Both the position numbers and the translations under genes were made by a program. Positions 61,901 to 64,000 of a stretch of DNA of 64,000 nt are shown here, in pieces. The stretch's first letter is position 1, and every line of letters starts with the position of its first letter. The DNA is from an uncultured bacterium (GTDB taxonomy: Bacteria > Verrucomicrobiota > Kiritimatiellia > CAIKKV01 > CALHGX01), in NCBI GenBank assembly GCA_938031185.1, contig CALHGX010000002.1, forward strand, positions 16,010-80,009, read 5' to 3'. The notes under the pieces were generated by a model. That model worked only from the letters and a program-made list of their open reading frames with translations, did not search any database and was not told the DNA's origin.

Positions 61901-63279
61901 CGCCCATCGTCGAGCCCCGGAGGAATGAACTCGCCAACGACAACGCCCTGCATGTTCGTGGGACCGATGTAAAATTTCTCGTAAAAATCATCCATTTCGT
62001 CGCCGTCGGTGTCCGCATTGACGGGGCTCGAATAAGAAGGGTTGATGTTCGTGTTGGAAATGAGGAACTCATTGAAGTTGTTCAAACCGTCGCGATCCGG
62101 GTCGCCCACAGGCCCATTGACGCCCGAGGGATTGAGCGGATCGAGTCCAAACAACTGCTCCCACCAGTCCGGCAGGCCGTCGTTATCCGAGTCCCCCGTC
62201 AGCTCGGTGAAGTTGGCGCGCACGCTCCATGGGCGGTTCATGACGAGCGTCAAGGAGCCAACGGCGTTGGTGTCACCCGTCCACCCGGTGAAGCGGTATC
62301 CGGAAAGAGGGCTGGCGGTGAGCACAACAATCTGACCATCGTCGTAGTAATGCGTCACCCCGGCTTCGGGCGTCACTATGCCGCCTGGTGACTGGGAAAT
62401 GTTCAAGCCGTACTGGCGTATCCACGTCCAACGGTTACTGGAAGATTGCGTAACAACAAAAGGCCCATAGGAGAGCGTAACCCCGGAAGAAAGAATATCA
62501 CCGCTGCCGTCCGTCCAGCCGGTGCAGCGATAGCGGAAATTGGTGGTGGTCTGAACAAACTCGCTGGGCACCGCCACGGTGAACTCGGCGCCCTGCGGCA
62601 CATTGGTTGAGGTCGGCGCGCTGCCGGGGCCGCGCGGCTGATACTGCGTGATGGTCCAGAGCTTCCTGAATCGCGCAATCACCGTCTTGTTGTTGTCCAC
62701 AACGATGCGCGTGGACGCTTTGGTGGGATCTTCAACGCCAGCGGCGCCGTCCCAGCGATCAAAAACATAGCCGGGCGGCGGATTGGTGCTGGGAAAAGCG
62801 GCAATGGTCTTGAGCGTTCCTGACGGAATGTCCGTTTCTGTTCCCGAAGGTGCTGTGGTCCCATTCCCGTCGTTCGTCACGGTCAGGCTGTATTTGGCCA
62901 GCGTGCTCTCGAACACCGCGGTGATGTAATAGTCGTTGCTCATCACGACGGTGGTGATGTTGCTGAAAATATTAGCCACTGTGGTCACGTCCCCCTGCCA
63001 GGAGACAAACCGATAGCCGTTGTTGGCGTAAGCCTGAATCTGGCGCACCTGGCCCGTGCTGAGGCCAAGCACCGTGGACGGAATGACCGTCCCGCTGCCG
63101 GGCGGCGCGGCAAAAAGGTAGAGGTCCAGCGCTTGAGCGGAGGGAATAGCCCCCACCAGTAGCAAGCACACGGCCCATGCGCCAAACAGGCCAATCCGCT
63201 GACGGCGGCTCATAAGCGGGCTGCCTTTTGCCTGGCAATCCGGCGTCTGTTTGAAAAGGAATGTTCTGATATCCTTCAT
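55996..63279 (-). CDS. 2,427-aa secreted protein with N-terminal bacterial repeat domains, ~16 thrombospondin type-3-like Ca-binding repeats and a LamG/ConA-like domain
   Basis: Repeated D-x-D-x-D-G-(L/M)-x-D/N-x-x-E units (DSDNDGLPDWWE, DTDGDGLSDSRE, DPDGDGLKNYQE and others). LamG region FTIEAWVRP...GWIDEVRVWDGARTP (~58.99-59.56 kb). GYRFVSWQGD-type N-terminal repeats. ATG 63279 overlaps the upstream stop (ATGA); ATG 63213 gives a classical signal peptide (MSRRQRIGLFGAWAVCLLLVGAIPSAQA). Confidence 0.85.
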   Translation of the reverse strand: MKDIRTFLFKQTPDCQAKGSPLMSRRQRIGLFGAWAVCLLLVGAIPSAQALDLYLFAAPPGSGTVIPSTVLGLSTGQVRQIQAYANNGYRFVSWQGDVTTVANIFSNITTVVMSNDYYITAVFESTLAKYSLTVTNDGNGTTAPSGTETDIPSGTLKTIAAFPSTNPPPGYVFDRWDGAAGVEDPTKASTRIVVDNNKTVIARFRKLWTITQYQPRGPGSAPTSTNVPQGAEFTVAVPSEFVQTTTNFRYRCTGWTDGSGDILSSGVTLSYGPFVVTQSSSNRWTWIRQYGLNISQSPGGIVTPEAGVTHYYDDGQIVVLTASPLSGYRFTGWTGDTNAVGSLTLVMNRPWSVRANFTELTGDSDNDGLPDWWEQLFGLDPLNPSGVNGPVGDPDRDGLNNFNEFLISNTNINPSYSSPVNADTDGDEMDDFYEKFYIGPTNMQGVVVGEFIPPGLDDGRYRVENGPNGNPDGDWKWSTTDGYEGYNESPRIRVPLTNIEEWTGPDGIVPLVYSNISFGHPDYPFPMNAAGNRPDFVRIAYTNSSDTRDQSRGNNTDSDEDTFDDGYEYSWDRWHQAHAGSNEVFEVGPHGATITNTIPPWPAQRRFNPAVQHPDMPGLDRQEGDVLYDYASGGVSGYWYSDVREYTAWQEGAFSPDIAEAPKTIRRDFYPNRKRSSHPFLIDVDQDGLPDGWEVIFGYDPWARISPGATIPDGAANPDGDFMAFDGTNRHNEVYVLYGFDPRTGWGQFYPTPGAMPGPGGSEAPNTRPYNNVEESRGPDGALVYEPLGITTMTEDATKSYHHDSDGDGMWDGWEAYVGLNPNSASGGASDAAADGDGDGLNNLDEFLSFVTSSTNRNELMPLVSWMNKIFPTDPNAEDTDGDGLSDSRERGHFNNVPEGILTNLVYNTISNDFVAVVTTNATWGGKCYTGGGLNPCSADTDNDGLPDPWEATYEGPANGTASDIAADPDGDGLKNYQEYLTLSVYHWQYDFWPPGQAYYHPADFYVGVPKHWDWYTELYDLPYFYVPFLSGPGEHPYSSTDPGDADSDEDGMDDYYEVFHGLNPVYGHYDLVLTRIFGGDYAEVPSQYSPAVADPRVWPFVNGTVYMDSDGDGLPNQEEALGPKVLPERAPGHHTDPTPFWITDPGYANSWVNLYYRPWWEIWYWVPGIADLSAFEPTYIFDFEINEGFDTDNDNFGDYMELNVTLTDPLDAERPVRRRALLLPPGREGYARTMPTYWYNLEALRSFTIEAWVRPAQAAMGRRQIVMERPFLLPQGNPLNLAPGIRANFRLALDPDGRPYVEYDGAGTAYGFSSASAKAGGPIPSDQWTHLAATYSVSTLSNSQGRLTLFVNGQVARIVDSGVVPANGRFGLSNKEIVTFGAPLVVGAADANPPGIVNGYAALPEQPMPYDFFEGWIDEVRVWDGARTPAQVQANMSRRMKRADVLASRGTSAELYYLCTFDDLPDPDHDGMSPPTFPMVMSGIAPLDWPAIPWWANANDKSLQYTDYQYIPWIENTAAHVPFDHPLDVGDPEWLSTTNEPGGLRFRNPANSYAMVYRTDVDFQYQEHPFEGKFSLVGPSSRARIGVLADLMPLRWAVADADVEMWDGGGVPSQDDFDSDGDGLPDWWEELYGLDPLDPTGENGTYGDPDMDGLSNVAERQAGTSPVMYDTFEAGFSDFYNWSGNVYRIFGEIYTDFDGMEDVWELANGLDPRLYDAHLDSDGDGWSNVSEFQEKTSPFSRTDHPVPEITFNLKYTGLRTAGNLRILAYSSAAMDGMPDAVFTLQDQPSLGASEELPSALVGTLSHGDVVPGTVQINTADDNTFLDNGSGGLVGMLRGAGTIDYASGAWTLTYTNPVGMGYAVSAAYRYRMTITDYPMRLTFTQVAQGYLREGDNYFFAFIDRNGNAIWDEGEPAGIAYGQPIDVRRGSVEVTIGLTDSLPGFGRFSWPALPDYNAYNLAIFNMSVTGGPQVVSRVMRAPRTWFHEGDALYAGITNFSMATYRWVVYRNDGTTYSTGTFNVVYGATHSRPTPIEPVGATLRYAKNAFKWAMDTNAVQFRLTIRRGATNGPVVLDRVDLAPFREANGAYEYRLPILAGDGAFTNGVYYWQVQGLNPRVNSTPSVFSAFTLDLTDNPLGPYSVYGHVVYPGKVTNSSYLVQAFTSVGCGGWPEAQVTVPNVVSSNQWPLNWIPFALKGLRPGTYYVRAFLDQNNNRRPDAWESKGLLSLNAYDPKALTLPPNASNQQVFVMFADTDNDKIADDWEYRYFTNLTTAGPGPVRGYTDSNGDGTNDYESYAASPLNMSPIAPPGIGPDGVPYRVKAAFGLSAGDWMLFEINDIAAGSSGPVVKWLSPTNGYAYGLPKGLGTIVRDGVTLRFQVQRSADLKTWEDVSDQSPVDFDPNKGEFRFREGQLRPVGFYRLRVFWQF

Positions 63280-63812
63280 GGCGTTTTCCTTTCCTGCCCG
63301 ATCCGGTCAAGACGCTTCGAGAGCGCCTTGTGTTCTTCCTGCAATTCCAGCCTGCGCGCGTTGAGCGCCTGATACTCCTCCACCCGCGCCAACTGTTCGT
63401 CGTAGGCCTGCCGCGAGGCGATCATCGCTTCGTACGCGCGACTCAATTCAGGTTGTTCCCTGCGGGCGCGGGTTTCGGCCGCATGAATTTGCTCCGCAAG
63501 ACCAACCATCTCTTTTTCCAAATCCGCTATCCGCTCGGCAATCATTTCCGCGCCAAACGCTGCAGCTCGTTCGATCCCTGGCGGCATCCCGGCGCTTGGA
63601 CGGTCCGCAAGCCGATCCAATGCTTTCGGTTGCGGCTGAGGCGCCGCCACGATTTCTGGCGCAGGCGATGCTATCTCCTCTTCTTGCCGGGACGCTGCTT
63701 CAGGCGGCAATGCCTCCTTTGGAGCTTCTTTCTTGCCGCATCCAAGCAGGCAGCCTACCACCACCGCCCCACCAAGCCGCCATATCCATCTTTGGCCACC
63801 CATACCGCTCAC
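63276..63812 (-). CDS. Coiled-coil lipoprotein
   Basis: WRLGGAVVVGCLLGCGKKE carries a lipobox (LLGC), followed by a Pro-rich linker and then heptad-like helical sequence. GTG 63812 follows GAGGAG; ATG 63803 is an alternative. Confidence 0.6.
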   Translation of the reverse strand: MSGMGGQRWIWRLGGAVVVGCLLGCGKKEAPKEALPPEAASRQEEEIASPAPEIVAAPQPQPKALDRLADRPSAGMPPGIERAAAFGAEMIAERIADLEKEMVGLAEQIHAAETRARREQPELSRAYEAMIASRQAYDEQLARVEEYQALNARRLELQEEHKALSKRLDRIGQERKTP

Positions 63813-63889
63813 CTTCTCCTCGATTCCATGCTACGCGCCCACCCACACCCCATCAACGGAGAAATTGTCAAAGGCACGTCAATAGCTCG

Positions 63890-64000
63890 TCATGGATTCA
63901 ACCAGCGTAGCCGGAAGAAACGCGTATTGTTCGTACCCAGCGGCAGGTTTGTCCACACGATCTCCCCCTGCACAGCCGATGTCACAGTCACCCCGCTATT
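63890..64000 (-). CDS. 3' end of a gene truncated by the window edge (secreted-protein C-terminal module)
   Basis: The minus strand reads ...NSGVTVTSAVQGEIVWTNLPLGTNNTRFFRLRWLNP*, with TGA at 63890-63892. The ending resembles the ...GFYRLRVFWQF terminus of the giant protein. Confidence 0.4.
   Translation of the reverse strand, partial: NSGVTVTSAVQGEIVWTNLPLGTNNTRFFRLRWLNP

Noticed and set aside
60172-62391. 739-aa ORF on the plus strand
   Set aside because: It is antisense to the TSP3/LamG giant gene. The composition is low-complexity and Arg/Val/Gly/His-rich, with no recognisable domains.
55996-63279. Repetitive DNA inside the giant gene as a possible CRISPR array or tandem repeat
   Set aside because: The repeats are divergent coding repeats (D-x-D-x-D-G motifs) of variable spacing within one continuous ORF. 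They are not identical direct repeats with spacers.

Overview
GC-rich bacterial chromosomal segment with about 50 tightly packed protein-coding genes and frequent ATGA start/stop overlaps. I found no rRNA, tRNA or CRISPR array by eye. The left part (1-37.5 kb) is mostly housekeeping. It holds a DEDD exonuclease, an M28 peptidase, parB with a bactofilin, argC, a GT2/acyltransferase/lipA unit and a Tat-signal radical SAM enzyme. It also holds an envelope glycan trio (degenerate spermidine-synthase fusion, pyruvyl transferase, GT4), gltX-glnS, and two Rrf2 regulators bracketing a sulfate ABC transporter. Further right are a tcdA / metY / ThiS-like / cysK sulfur cluster, a PAS-PP2C phosphatase, an aldo-keto reductase and a putatively sigma54-driven beta-propeller gene. 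A decayed patch follows, with a truncated IS3-type transposase next to an rsmB-like gene broken by one in-frame TAA. From 37.5 kb to the window end, every gene I call lies on the minus strand. Two units stand out there. The first (39.0-53.5 kb) is a ten-gene, translationally coupled operon. It combines a PqqD-like protein, two MacB/LolD-type ABC modules, a ~1,604-aa fusion of a degenerate PA/M28 ectodomain with an FtsX permease, two ~670-aa polytopic membrane proteins and a PIN-PhoH ATPase. I cannot match it to any described system, and it is my best candidate for something new. The second (55.0-63.8 kb) is a lipoprotein / 2,427-aa TSP3-LamG giant / lipoprotein unit. A further oddity is a signal peptide and an LTXXQ (Spy/CpxP-like) Cys-rich domain joined only through an in-frame TGA. 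All functional calls come from motif recognition by eye; no searches were run. A PVC-type lineage (Verrucomicrobiota, Planctomycetota or Kiritimatiellota) is only a guess from gene content.
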